Shown here: piece by piece, positions 1-13,773 of the stretch
Layout: each line of letters starts with the position of its first letter
Numbering within the stretch: position 1 is the first letter of the stretch
Assembly: GCF_009914755.1 (NCBI RefSeq)
Contig: NC_060933.1
Strand: one strand, 5' to 3'
DNA length: 64,000 nucleotides
Source: the human T2T-CHM13v2.0 reference genome, Homo sapiens
Program-made: the position numbers and the translations under genes
Notes under the pieces: model-generated
Database searches by the model: none
What the model was told of the DNA's origin: nothing
What the model saw: the letters and a program-made list of their open reading frames with translations, nothing else

Positions 1-2169
1 TGTCAATCTTTAGTATGAACAAAGAGCAGGGATAATTTATTGAGCATCTACTATAGTCTCATTATTTTGCTATGTGCTGTGGGATGATATAGTTCTCCCT
101 CTACAAGAATTTATAATCTTATGGAGGAGAGTAGGAAGCTCCAACTTTTGAGGGAAAGACTGTCTTTACATATTCAGGGCTATTAATGGTTCATCCTAGA
201 CCAATGCTTATTGTAAGTTTGTTGAATAAAATTTTAAAAACAAAAACAAGCAAATAGAGTACGAGTCATAGACTGCACACCAGAAACAGCTAGATTGCAG
301 GCCTTTAAAAGAGGCTTTATGAACTAGTCTTTGTTATGTTTCGAGAGACAGAAAACCCAACTCAAGCTTCTGGTTCTTATCTCTCTCCATATACCATCCG
401 AATTTATCTACTTTACATCTTTAAATTGAGAGGGTTCCTGTCCTCTGTGTTAGAAGGTCTTAGTTTCCTAGAATAAGTTTCTGTTTCAGAAGACTGCCTT
501 CCAAAAAATTAACATGCAAGAAATAAGACTATAAGAGAAAGTTAATCAACATAAAAATGTAGGTCCACAAAATGGGCTGATTAAATATTTAAAAGTCATT
601 AATTCAGATTTTGTTAGAATTCAGTAAAATTTACTTTACTATGTCTATAAAGACCTGGTTAGATAAGAGAAATAATATAATAGTATTAGAAGGATATACA
701 TTTTAAAATTTGTGAACAAGGTGTTTCTAATTAACATTTACTTGCAATAACCATAATGCCACCAGCAATTTACTCACATATTTTATTGAATCAGATTCCC
801 TGAAAACCTCCACTAGCCAGCACTTTATTTTGTTATTTGATATACTACCTTGTTCCAAAAAAATTTTGAGGTGTCTAACATAATTTTTTTAGCCTCATTC
901 AATGGAATACCGTATATTTGTAGACTTCATTACAAGGAACATCTGTATGTTTATCCCAACTAATTCCTACAACAAAGTTACCTGAAATAGAAGTTCATAG
1001 AACACATCTCAGAAGTGAAGAAAAGGAGGCTCAGACACTCTTGATGACTTGTCAAAGCTAATCATATAGATGGTAAATGGGAGATGCAGGGCAAGGTCCT
1101 GACTAGGATCACAGTCCAGAATTATCTCTATCGCACAAGTTGCCTGTCATAATTACTATACGTGCTTGAAAATAAAGCTCTGACTTCCAAAACAAAAATC
1201 ATATCTCTAATTCAGATGCTTCATGCATCAGAATAATTTTTCTTAAATTTAAAACACCTACTTTGGCTATGAGTGGCACTGAATCACTGAGACGGGGCAG
1301 GAAACGCCAGCTCAGTGTGCTGAGGAATGGGCATTAATGAAAGGTGAGGTCCAGATATAATGTTACAAACACCGCTCAAGTCAATGCACTCCTCTCCACT
1401 AGCCCTAACACTGCTCTTTGCATCTCTGAACGCGGCTACTCCAAGAGCCTAAAACCTGGACCCTCCATGATCAAGTGCTTCTCCACTGGATTTAACCCAT
1501 CATGTTTCCAATGGAGGTGTATTTTGTTTAGTACTATCTTGCACATATAGAGATTTAATAAAATTTCCTTCCCTTGCCTAGATACCTCCATACCTCTGCA
1601 CTCTAGTTGTATTATGTTTCTAGAACATAATAAAAATTTACTTGGAATGTAAAATCCTTGAAAGTTAACTCCTGCTTCCGTATTGTGTTGCTTTCTATTG
1701 CATGTGCTTCCTTAATGTGAACATTTAGTTATTGATAGAACATTTTACATATTTCTTCCTCATGCCATATTTGTTCATATTATGTTCCTTTGTACCTTGA
1801 ATGTGCTTTCCCGTTCTACCACTTGTCATGTGCAAAATTTTTTGCAGCCTTTAGGATGTGGTTTAAACCTCGTCTCCTCATAGAAACCATCCTCGACTCT
1901 TCAGATATCATCATAAACCCTACTCCCTGTGTTCACAGAACAGGAATGTACCCCCATCAATGATGCATCATTAACCATGTTTACTTCAATCTGTTTACAG
2001 GTGTCTTTGACTAAGCAATCATGCATGAAGAAGATTGACCTAAAAAAACAGTCAGACATGTATTCAAATATACACATGGAACAGTTTTTTCACTTTTATA
2101 TTCATGGTAAAATTAAACAATTGTGTGTCCAAAAAATTGGACAGTGATTTAATAAAATCTTTCTTTTTA

Positions 2170-3260
2170 ATTTTAACTCTATCTTTAAGAATCTTATCTA
2201 GTTTCATGCCTTTTAAGTTTATTTAAATATTGATAACTCCTAAACTTATACCTGTAGCTTGGACCTTTCTCTCAGTCCAACTGCTTCTTTGACATCGCCA
2301 CTTGAATGTGCCACAGATATCTCAAACTTAATATGGTCATATGTAAACTACTTATATTCTCCCCCAAACCAATCCCTCCAGAATACTTCTCCATCTCAGC
2401 TAACAGCAACTTTAATCTTTCAAAGGCTCAGGCCAAATATCTTGGGTGCTTGACATCTCTCTTCTTGCACACCCTATCCATTCCATTAAAAATCCTGTTT
2501 TTGAGACCTTCGAAATGTGTACATAACTTGAACCCTTCTCACCACTTCCACTGCTACCACACTCATCCAAGATATTTCTCATCTGAATAATGTAATCAAC
2601 TCCTAAAATGGTTTTCTAAATTCTGCTCTTGCACTCTTCTATATTCTCAATGCATTAAATGTTGAGACATCATTTTAAAATAAAGTTTGCATCCTTCATT
2701 GCTCTTCTTCAAATCCTCCGAAAACTTATCATCTTGTTTATAGTAAAATTCACATGCTTTCTGATGGCCTGTGAGGTCCAGTATAATCTGGCTATTCATT
2801 CCATCTCTGACATATCTTGCTATTTTCTCCCTCTGTGTAGCTGACTCCAGTCATGCTGGTTTCCTTTTTGTTACCACAGCATGCCAGGCCTGTTCTTGCA
2901 TCAAAATATTTGCGCTTGACATTTCCTTTGTCTTGACTTTATTCTTCCCCCAGATATCTGCTTGCCTCACACCCTCACTTACCCTTTATTTTAGGACTTT
3001 ACTAAATTTATCTTTTAAGGGTGGCTATTCTGCATCCCTGAACATCCTATCTAAATTTTGTAGCCCAGTTTGGTAATTCCTATCCTCTTAATGATTCAGT
3101 TTCCATCTTATTGTCTAAAATACTATATACTGTGTTTTGTGTCTTGTTCATTGTCTTTCTCTCCTTCATAACCTATGTATGCTAAATTCAGGAATGGTCA
3201 GATTTATTCTCTCTTCATTCCTAGCACTTAGAACAGTGTTAGAAACAATAAATAATTGTC
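2170..3260 (+). mobile_element. LINE-2 (L2) 3' portion, ancient and degenerate
   Basis: Typical L2 3' motifs (atctcaaacttaat...cccccaaacc; cttctcaccacttccactgctaccac; cctagcacttagaacagtg...aataaata). Boundaries approximate. Confidence 0.7.
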
Positions 3261-5768
3261 AGAAGAAGAATGGAATGAAAAGACGAGGGAGGGAGAAAAT
3301 CCATCCATTAAATTTACTATTATGAAGTCATTCATAAGAATGAAAATGATCTTTATTAATAACATGAAAGTATTTCTAAAATATATTACCAGGAGAAACA
3401 AGACTTCAGAATGGCATGTATATTATTATTCTAATATTTTAAATAAATAATTTTGTATGACATTGTGTAGGAATAAAATGAGGGCTAAGAAGGGCATATA
3501 CTGGCTAATAGTGATTATCTCTGGAGGTGGTATGAAATGGTACTTAGCATCTTTGTTTTGCATTTCTGTATAATTTGCATTTAAAAATATGTATGTATTA
3601 AACTTTTAGCAGTGAAAATTTAATATTCAGTGATGGAGATGTATATTTCTTTCACATTAAAAGCTGTTCATAATATACTTATTATGCAGAAAAGCAGTTT
3701 AGAGAATAGTAATAGTGTGAGCATCAATGTTCAATTTGCAAATCCAAAGCACTCCAAAAATTAAATGTGTTTTTTATATTTGTTGCCAAACACATTTGAC
3801 CACAAAATCTAACCTGAACTGACATGAATTTATTTATAAACTTTGGTCCCACAGAATGTGAATATTCGTCATTTTCACTAATTCTTCCCCAGAATCTGCT
3901 GCTGGTGATGTGCCATATAATGAATACAGTCCAAATTAACTTTCTAAAATGTAAACAAATTCTGGAACACATCCAACCATAGGGTGTTTTACACAAGGCA
4001 TTGTAAATATGGATATCTTCACACCAAAACTGTTATCTTTGGTTTGTGTGATTTTGACTATTTTTCTTCTTGCTGAGCTATATCTTGTATTTTGCTTTCT
4101 GCAACAAATTTCTTGTGTGTTAAATAAAATAACACATAAATTAAATTAAAACTTTATGTAGGATCTGTAGGCGTAGGGGAAAACGTTTTAAAACTGAGAC
4201 AGTTACGGCCTTATCCAGGTGTGGCTTTACATATTCCCACCTGAAAAAAAACCAACCCTCAGATTTTGTCAACTCAGAGTCTTCAGGTGAGAGAAGGAAA
4301 ACCTATTAGACTGAAATGCGAAATGCATAAATTTGGATGAAATAGGAATATAGGAGAGACTGATTCCAAGAATACTCTGGGAAAAGTTCTGCCCCAGGGA
4401 CAATTTCAATACGGCAACATTGACAGATGCACAATCATGGCTGCATGCATAGCACCTCGGCACGAGATAATGGCATTTTCCCCACCCAACATCTCAGGGC
4501 TGGTTTCCACTAAAGACAGGAGGGAGTGATGCTGTTATTAATAGAACAAGCATGTTCTTTTCCTGTTCAGCTATTTAAAGAAATGTTCAGCTGCAAGGTG
4601 TGCTGATTTATGCAGCTTATCTTCTTCAGCCCAGATAGAGCGCTCTGCTTTTTCCTCCCATTACAACCCCCATTTAAGGGACCTGTAACTGACTTTCATT
4701 TTGTGACATAAAATTTACAAGAAATAGGGTGTATGTGGGGGGGAGGCACTGTTATTGTTTCCAGGTGCTGCTGATCACACTTGTATGGGGTATGAACACC
4801 CTTAATTGAGTTCTTAGCTATAAATGCATCATAAACAAATTTAGAAGACAGTCAGGCAATATTAAAGGAGAGGTGGGAAATTATGGTCATCAACTCTGTG
4901 ACCTTAAACTGCAACACAAATAATTCTTCATGGGGATTAGAAACATATCCAGCTTTTCATGAATGGCATAGAGATGTGGCCAGCTGAGTGAAACAGAATT
5001 AGACCCCAGAATAAAATGCAGCTTGCAGTTGGGACTTAACATTTTTAGAGAATGGCCTCAAATCTGCATCTTGACATTCTTTTCAACCTTCAAGGACTAG
5101 TTTAATAATTGTTTCCTCCTTACAGTCTTCCCAAATCCCTACCTGTTACTATTCATTTCCCCTTTTTCTCAATTATTGCTGCTCATGTTTTCTACATCTA
5201 GTAGAGTACTTATTATAATTTTTTCAGTTTGACCTTAAAGTGTTTGTGTTTATTGTGGAGCTTCCCAAGTTTCAGTTATCTGTGCATTTGTTTTAGATAT
5301 TTTGCCCAATCTGTGTGCTGTCCGTAGCTTATTGACCTGATCGTCTCTTTACATTTACTAACTTTTAAAAACATTTTTTTCTTTAAGCCTCATTCTTAGT
5401 CTCATCTGCTAAATTAAAAATTTGATGTAATTATCTATATGCACATATTGCATTATAAGCATATATATGTACATATGCGAAATCTTACCACAATGACTAT
5501 CAAAATTTTAAAATATTATTTACATTTATAAATATTTAAAATATATCACCTCAAATCACTTCGAATACTGCCAGTAGTTCATTTGCTACATATTAAATTC
5601 ATACCTTTCTTTACAAAACACTGTCTTATTTTATATTGATAGATCCTGTGTATAGGAATCATTTTTATTACACAATTCAATATGCTCAAGAACATTTGCT
5701 GAACACTTCATATGTGCAGACAGTATGCTAGTGCAACAAAAAGTAATAAAGATAAATTATATTTTGTA

Positions 5769-5961
5769 TAATATGTTGATTATTATACAACATATTAATT
5801 ATACAACATATTATATATATGTTGTATATAATTATATATATGTTGTATATATATGTTGTATAAATATATATGTTGTATATAATTATATATATTATATATA
5901 TGTTGTATATACAACATATAATTATACAACATATTATACAACATAATTAATATGTTGATTA
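5769..5961. repeat. AT-rich low-complexity array of ATGTTGTAT/ATACAACAT units in both orientations
   Basis: Repeated tatgttgtat and its reverse complement atacaacata; perfect palindrome at 5897-5920; flanked by direct repeat taatatgttgatta at 5769-5782 and 5948-5961. Confidence 0.85.
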
Positions 5962-7849
5962 GTTTCAAAATAAAAAGATTAAATATCTAAATTAATACAA
6001 AGCTTCCATGATGCACAAAACATCAAAATTTTCAATGAAAACAGCATTGCTTATTTATAAACAGGAACGAGGACTACCGATTTGTTTAGGGAATGTAGGA
6101 AACAACCTACTAAGTGCCTTGTCTGTTCTTCTCTAAAGTCCCTGCTTATTGAACTTTGCAGCGTGATCACAAGAACTTTATTCTCATATCTTGACATTTT
6201 CCTGACGGAACTTCTGTTTTCTGAAGCACTTCAGGCTCCTTCTCCCAGCTGGCTTCCCCCCACAGAAGGAATCACAGTGGAGTAATGAGCTGGAGAAAGG
6301 GTCTCCATATAGAAGGAGCTCCTTGGGAAATCATGCCTGCAGGCTCCCTATGAGTTAACTGCCCTGTCTCCAGCCCCTCTTCTTGTACTCAGGTGGTTGA
6401 TGGTAGAGTGTGAGGATACACACTTTAGTAGGAAGCCTGATAATAGCCCCAGACCCAAAATACATTCTGCAATACTGCTTTAACAACAAGGAACTTCTAT
6501 TTTGTGTCCTATCTGGCTTTTGGGACTATTTCTCTGTTATTTCTGAACCTAGGGGAAAGAAAGATGTGTGCTTTACTAGCCTCCTTAAACCATAACACAA
6601 TAGTGCATTTCCTGTGTCAAAGTGCTTTGAAAACTGCAAAGAATTAGGAAATACATATTTATTCTTGTGTTTTATTAGCTATTTGTAATACAAATTCACT
6701 GGTACCATTACTATTTTGTATACAATATATACATATACATAACTCAGTTCCTTAGTTCCTGGAAACAAAATACACTCAAGATATATGATTTGTTTTCCTT
6801 TTCCATGCCTCCCTCCTCCCCTCCCTATCCACCTCTCTCTTAATTATCTGTCATAAAATATCTTGGTATTTTCCATCCTTGGCTGAAAGATGCTGAGTCC
6901 ATTCCTCTCCATTTGTCCCCTGGCCCTCAAGGAAAGCATTATGTTTAGCATAATAATGTAATTAAGGTCATATTCTGCCTTCGGTCATCAATGTGCAAAT
7001 GCTGTATGACTAATGAGACAGTCTTAACAGAGGCTCCTAAACTGTATCCTCTCACTCGATTACATAGCCCTGGTTTCCTCAGCCCTTTTTTGACAGGGGT
7101 GAAAATGTGTCCTTCCCTTCAGGCTTCTGGATGAATCACAAAATAAACGGAACCAGTGTTCCAGCCCTGGGGATTTTCAGAAAACGAGTTCTAAGAAAAA
7201 TTAACCCCATCCCTCCTGTCTGTTTCCTCACCTACATTGTCTCCTTCTGGAAGCTGGACTAGCATATAAGCATGGGTATTCAGGTAGCCGAGCAGACACG
7301 GTGGCTCAGAGGATACGAGGATGCGCAGGCATTGATAAAGAGCAGAGGGTGTGAGCAGGGAGGATCGGTTCCAGAGTGGCTGGGTGGAGATGCATCCTCC
7401 AGAATTAGGAGACTGGAGCAGGGCTGCAGTTCTGCTATTGTTTTGGTCTTAATTCTCCCTATCTCCCAAAGCATAGGCCTGGTCTTCTCTTCTTTCCACA
7501 GGGTATTTTTGAGCCCTTTTTTCCCCCTTCTTATAAACTGAATATTATAATAATGACTACTTGATACAGCATTTATAAGAATTAAGTAAGACCAGAATTT
7601 GGATGGTTCACAGCATAGCATAATGTCATGCTTAGAGTAAGTAAAATAAATGTTAATTTTTTTCAATATGTTAAAATCTTAAACCTGGTCCTTTTGTGAC
7701 TCATCTTGGGCATCAATTTTCATACCAATTTTTACCCTTAAGCCCAACTGCTTGTCTAATCAAAACGACAATATAATCTTGTCATTTCTCCACATACTAC
7801 TAGAGAAAACAAGCAAACAAATGAGCAAACAAACTTAATACTGTCTCCT

Positions 7850-8470
7850 GCTGCTTCCCTTCTTGCCTTTCCTGATAAGATCTTTCTAATCCTGTGAGAG
7901 TGATCTTTTCAACATGTATATCTGACCATAGCTCTCCCCTGCTTGCAATCCTTTAATGCTTTCCAATTGTTACTAGAATAAAAAGCAAAATCTTCAACAT
8001 GCCCTGGGATGCCCTACATGATCCAGCACCTCACCTCATGCCACCTTTCCCTTCTTCTCTAGCCTCTAGCTGTGCCAATCTTTATTTCTTAAAAATGTCA
8101 TTCTCCTTTCCACCTCAGGGCTTTTGCACATGCTGTTCCTTCAGCTTCTTTGCCTAATTAATGTCTATATGTCTTTCAAATCTGTTTAAACATTATTTGC
8201 TCCAGGAAAACTTTCTCAATGCCATCCCTCTGCCCCATCCCAGATAATAATGAGTTTCTTTTTTGTATGACTCCTTTATTACATGTGTTTTTCCTTTGCA
8301 GCACTTAGCTAGAATTTAATTAACCGAGAATCTAATTGGACATTATATATTGGTGTAATTATTTTGACTACCATCAGTCCCTCTCCATGAGGTTGTGGAC
8401 TTTGTCTATGGAACATGCTCTTATTTCCATAAGAACTGTAAGTGCCTGGAAAGTACTGAATAAATATATT
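7850..8470 (+). mobile_element. LINE-2 3' fragment
   Basis: ctcccctgcttgcaatcctttaatgctttcc; cacctcagggcttttgcacatgctgttcc; ends gtgcctggaaagtactgaataaatatatt. Boundaries approximate. Confidence 0.7.
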
Positions 8471-11229
8471 TTTGAAAAAAAAGAAAAACAAAAACAAACA
8501 AAAAACAGAAAAAGGCATTGTGCTACAGCTCCATTTTAAATATTCTGAAAAGTGAAACTAAAATTGGTTAAATCACTTGCTCGAAGTCATCCAGACATCA
8601 AATGATGGGATATAAAGTTGGTAGTGGTTTTAAAAAAAGGTTTAAAATGAAGGGAACTGAAAATGGAAATCTAATTAGGTTAGAGATGGCAAAGAATCAG
8701 CAGGAGTGCTCCATGCCTTTCTTTCTTCCCTCCATAGACATCGGAGTGAGTTCCAACTCCCTTTCTCAATAAGCACAGATTGGGCCTCAGCATCCTTGTC
8801 AACTCAACCCTTCAACTGAATAGTTGAAACGTATTTGCCAGACCTGAACTGGAATATTTTTTAATGGTGAAATATGATAAACATTATTCTATCTATGTGG
8901 TGGTGAGACAGGAAAGTAATAGTTTAGTTTTGTTCAGGTGTGTTTTATATTCCTTTGGTTTTCATGAAAGCCTCTTAAACTTTCCTCCATGTCATCCAGT
9001 GAATTCATGAACATAGAACCAAAGTTGGATACCTAATTGTATAAGTGAATTTAACAGTGAATGAATGATGGAATGAATGTGATTGAGTCACGTGGAAATA
9101 ACAGCAGGATGACACTTAATTTTGGCACATAGTCCAAATACAGGGTAATATAAGCATCTCTGACTCCTGCCAGACTCCGAAGTCAATGGAAGCTTCTGAC
9201 CAACTGACAGCCTGAACATAGTTAGAAGGGCCTATGAAATAGAATAGGGGAGAGAACATTTCACCTTCCCTTGCTTTTGTGGATCTCTCTTCCAAGATTC
9301 TGCTCCAGGTCTGATTCTCTTGAGTGTTTTTAATGTCCTGGTGTAACACTGAACATGAGAGCAATTAAGTGTGATGTATGTTACCCGGCTTTCCTGGACT
9401 GCCCAGGCCACTCTGGGATCTTCCTTTTGTTGGATTTTATTTCTATTTTATTAGAATTTTCCTCCTCCCATCAAACAGAAACACTTCTGATCCACAGCTG
9501 AGCTTCTGCAATCTTTTTGACAGCCTTATCCACTACGTGGGTTTAATCTGCCCCAGGTAGATCAAAAAGAATTGATATGAATTTTTTGATTGGGTGCCTG
9601 TCTTTTTTCTCTCCATCTCTTTACCTTTCGGCAGCTGAAGGGGATCCATCATGATAATTTCCTGTTATTAGGTTTGAAGTGTTTTGAATGTGAAATGCCT
9701 TTTCACTTAGAAAGAATTGATGCCTATAACTTGTAATGTGTTAGCAGTTTGGTAGAGTGCTTGACAGCCCAAACTGCATTACAGGTAGCTAATCCCCATG
9801 GCTGAGCTCCATTAAAGAATAGATGGTATCTGTTAATACAGCCATAGAGTGTGGGTCATTGTGCTGAAAGGCAGTCTAGCTGCTAACAGAAAGATTATAA
9901 TGTGACTTCATTCTATTTTAAACTTGCAAAATGTATGGTAGATATACTAGTCATGATTGATTAAAGATATGAGAGAGGATTTTATGACTCCCCTGGTATG
10001 TGCCAGGTTTATAATTCCCACCAGGAAGAAAAATGTCTCCAGTGGCTTAAACAAGACCAATAGCAAATTTCAAGCTGTGGACAGCTACGTATCTCCTGTA
10101 TATCCTTCATAGTGACTTTCCAGGTATTTCATGCAGTTCTTTGGAAGAGATAAGAGTCTGACACCTTGATTCTTAATGCTTATTAAAAGTGACCCCTTAA
10201 GAAAAAAGGACTTCTGGTCCAATATTGTGTCTGCAGTCAAATGTGGGTTATTTTTTTTTTTTCGTGTTAGACTAGTAAAGGCAAGTACATGTCAATTTAT
10301 GTGCCATTTCTAAACAACAGGTAGTGAAAAGCTTGAAGTTCTTTACTGAGTACCAGGAACTGTGATAATGCATATGCACCATGACTCAGTAACAATGCCC
10401 ACTATAGGCACAGGTGGGACAGCAGAGACCAGTGTATCACATATTTGTCATTCCTCGTATAAACAAACTCAAGCATATTTTGATAACCACAGTCTTTGGA
10501 GTAATTAAATGTATAGTCAAGCTTACAACCCTTCATAATTCACATAATCTATAGAAAGTCCAATTAGAATATCTGAAGCCTGGATTATGAAATAGCACCC
10601 ATTATATTATATGAAATGTAGATTTTTAGTACACAAGTGGTTATTAATGGAGCTCCATAAAAACAGCACATTTCATAGTCAAGCCTTCATTTAACAGATA
10701 TTTGTGTATTAACTCTGAAATTCTATTAGAGAAAAAAAGTGCTGATGAGATTCCTACCCTTAAACAATACACACGACATGACGGGACATTAAATGCAGAT
10801 TTCTGGAATAGTTGAATAACCAGTCAAACAGGGCTCTAGTACCAGCATGTGAGCAATCCATGGTTTCATAAGTAAAACCCAATCCCAACTCAGAGTTCTT
10901 CAGGTGGAAGTAAAGCCTCTCAAGTTCTATAAGGTACTAACTTTTTGCCAACCAGATGTTGTGCATTAGAGTTTATCTAGCTCATCTTCTCATTTATAGG
11001 GAAACTGAGGTCAATGGAGATAGTTATATTTATCAAAGGTACTCAGTATTGACAGCAGCTCAGATTTCTGTATTCCTAGTCTAGTGCTGGTACTGGAAAG
11101 TTCTGCCTAATATTTTTTATTTAATAGTTTTATTAAACAGATGTATCAAATTTTAGGCTTGTTCACTTACTTAATAAAGGTTGCTGATTTACTTAATAAT
11201 ATCACTTACTCAATAAATTATTATTTCAG

Positions 11230-11430
11230 GTAGCATTGTATGGTAGATAAGAGCTAAGGATTGGGATTAATATAAATTTGGTTCTATTTACTAGCCAAGT
11301 AACTTAGACTAATTCTGTGTGCCTCTGTTTTCTCATCTGTAAAAGAGAAAATCATGCCTAATAAATAGAGTGAAGATTAAATGAGATAATGTGTATAAGG
11401 TCGATGTCCTGGACACGTACTAAATGTCTT
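11230..11430 (+). mobile_element. MIR SINE
   Basis: MIR core ctgtgtgcctctgttttctcatctgtaaaa...gtgaagattaaatgagataatg. Confidence 0.75.
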
Positions 11431-11919
11431 AGTGTCTCCTTGTCTGAATGTTGCATCAATCACAGAAGATACGTAAAACCCCATTGGCTCATCTTTCCTC
11501 TCTTAAATGAAGTTTAAACTGCCGAAATTATTGAAACAGCAATTAAAATAGAGGTTAGTAAGTGATTGCAATGTCTTTTTGTGAACATTAAGTCTTAAAA
11601 GTAAGCTGATACCAAAAGTCATTTATTTCCCATTCATTATTAATTAGCAACTATGGGGTGAGTAGATCTTAAATAAAATTTAGGTATATTAGCTACAAGT
11701 TTTCTCAAAAAACCTTGCCTGTTAGCAGTAGCTCATGATAATTGGGATCTTGATCTTAAACACAAGCATGACCAAAATACCTATTCCTAAACACACATTA
11801 AGCCTTACAATGATGCCAGCATTTTAAAATATTTATCCATTACATTCAGTGCTTCAGTGTGACACTGAAACTCAATAGCTTCTAATCTTCCGGCTAAAAT
11901 CTCTTTAGTAGAAATATTT

Positions 11920-12240
11920 CACTGGGCACAGTGGCTCACGCCTGTAATCCCAGCACTTTAGGATGCTGCCTCGCTTGAGCCCAGGAGTTCAAGACCAGCC
12001 TGGGTGACATGGCAAAACGTTGTTTCTACAAAAAATTAACAAGGTGTGATGGCACTCACCTGTAGTCCCAGCTACTCCAGGGACTAAAGTGGGAGGATTG
12101 CTAGAGCCCAAGTAGGTCCAGACTGCAGTGAGCTGTGATTGCACCACTGCACTCCAGCCTGCATGACAGAGTGAGACCCTGACTCAAGAAAATTTTTTAA
12201 AAGTAAAAAAAATAATAAAAAAAGAAAGGAAGGAAGGAAG
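11920..12240 (+). mobile_element. Alu, old AluJ-type, diverged with a small internal deletion
   Basis: ctgggcacagtggctcacgcctgtaatcccagcac; AluJ-type gcttgagcccaggagttcaagacc and gggaggattgctagagccc; degenerate A/GGAA tail. Confidence 0.9.
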
Positions 12241-12336
12241 AATTTGATTGGAGTTCTTCCCACTTCTTGGTGATATTTCTGTTTTCTCTCACTAAACTCA
12301 TATGTTAACAAGATAATAATTAAGATCCATATCTTG

Positions 12337-12877
<541 letters not shown>

Positions 12878-13593
12878 TTAAGGTTACCATTATTTTATAG
12901 GACCGCTACTATTTAACATCTCTCCAAGGACAGTATAACACTCTTCCCAGCTTTCGAACTTCTGCCTGGTTTGAACCTTTCATGTTTATCTTCAAATAGA
13001 TTTTTCTGTGTCTTCTCTTAATTTAATAATATCCATGGCCATTGGTCTAGGTCTATTCTACATCTGAATAGGATTCTTACACTGATGTATGCTGTTTGCC
13101 CCGGTAATGCTGTTTACCTCCTGTTTTACTGACTTAGGACCCATCAAGGTGAAGAAAGCTAGCCCTCTTTCCCTGATACCTAGCTTCTTATGTTCCTGCC
13201 TTTCAAAAGTTGAGAAACAAGAGCAAGAAAATTATGTAGTACCCTTCATGGTGACTTTTTTTTCCTAAGAGTTATCTGCCATTTCTCTGGTTCCATATTA
13301 CTTATCAATCCAGGACTGCAGCCTTCATAATCTCAAGCAAAAATCAGGGTCTGTTATAAGGGGAACATTGGTGAGGCAGAGACGAAAGGGGGAGAGGAAG
13401 ACCATCTTGCCTTCATTGAGATGAAAATTTACACAAATCAATTTGTTTCTAACGTCACGGAGTTCTCTGAGTGTATTTTTAAAAAGCTGTTCATAAAAAA
13501 GTAAGTAAATAAACTTGAGTTAATTAAAAACGTGTCTACATAATGGCATCAATTTCATTGCATTGTGCACTTTGGGTGTAAGTTCTAAATCTT

Positions 13594-13773
13594 TTTGTTG
13601 TTGTTGTTGTTTGTTTTTAAAGATAAAAATTGTTTTAATGTTTTAAAGGGAAATAAAAAGGATTTTTTGCCTTTTATTATTATTTTTTATTTTACTCTAA
13701 GTTCTGGGATATCTGTGCCGAATGTGCAAGTTTGTTACATAGGTATACATGTGTCATGGTGGTTTGCTGCACC
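13594..13773 (-). mobile_element. Extremely 5'-truncated L1PA (L1PA7/8-like 3' end) with a 3'-transduced tag
   Basis: L1 3' terminus (taagttctgggata...ggtggtttgctgcacc) at ~13690-13773; two A-rich tails; 15-bp TSD taagttctaaatctt at 13579-13593 and 13774-13788. Confidence 0.85.

Noticed and set aside
7270-7450. Slightly GC/CpG-richer patch with overlapping ORFs and an NRF1-like TGCGCAGGCA as a promoter or exon
   Set aside because: Too short and CpG-poor for a CpG island, and the peptides are unrecognisable. It cannot be supported from sequence alone.
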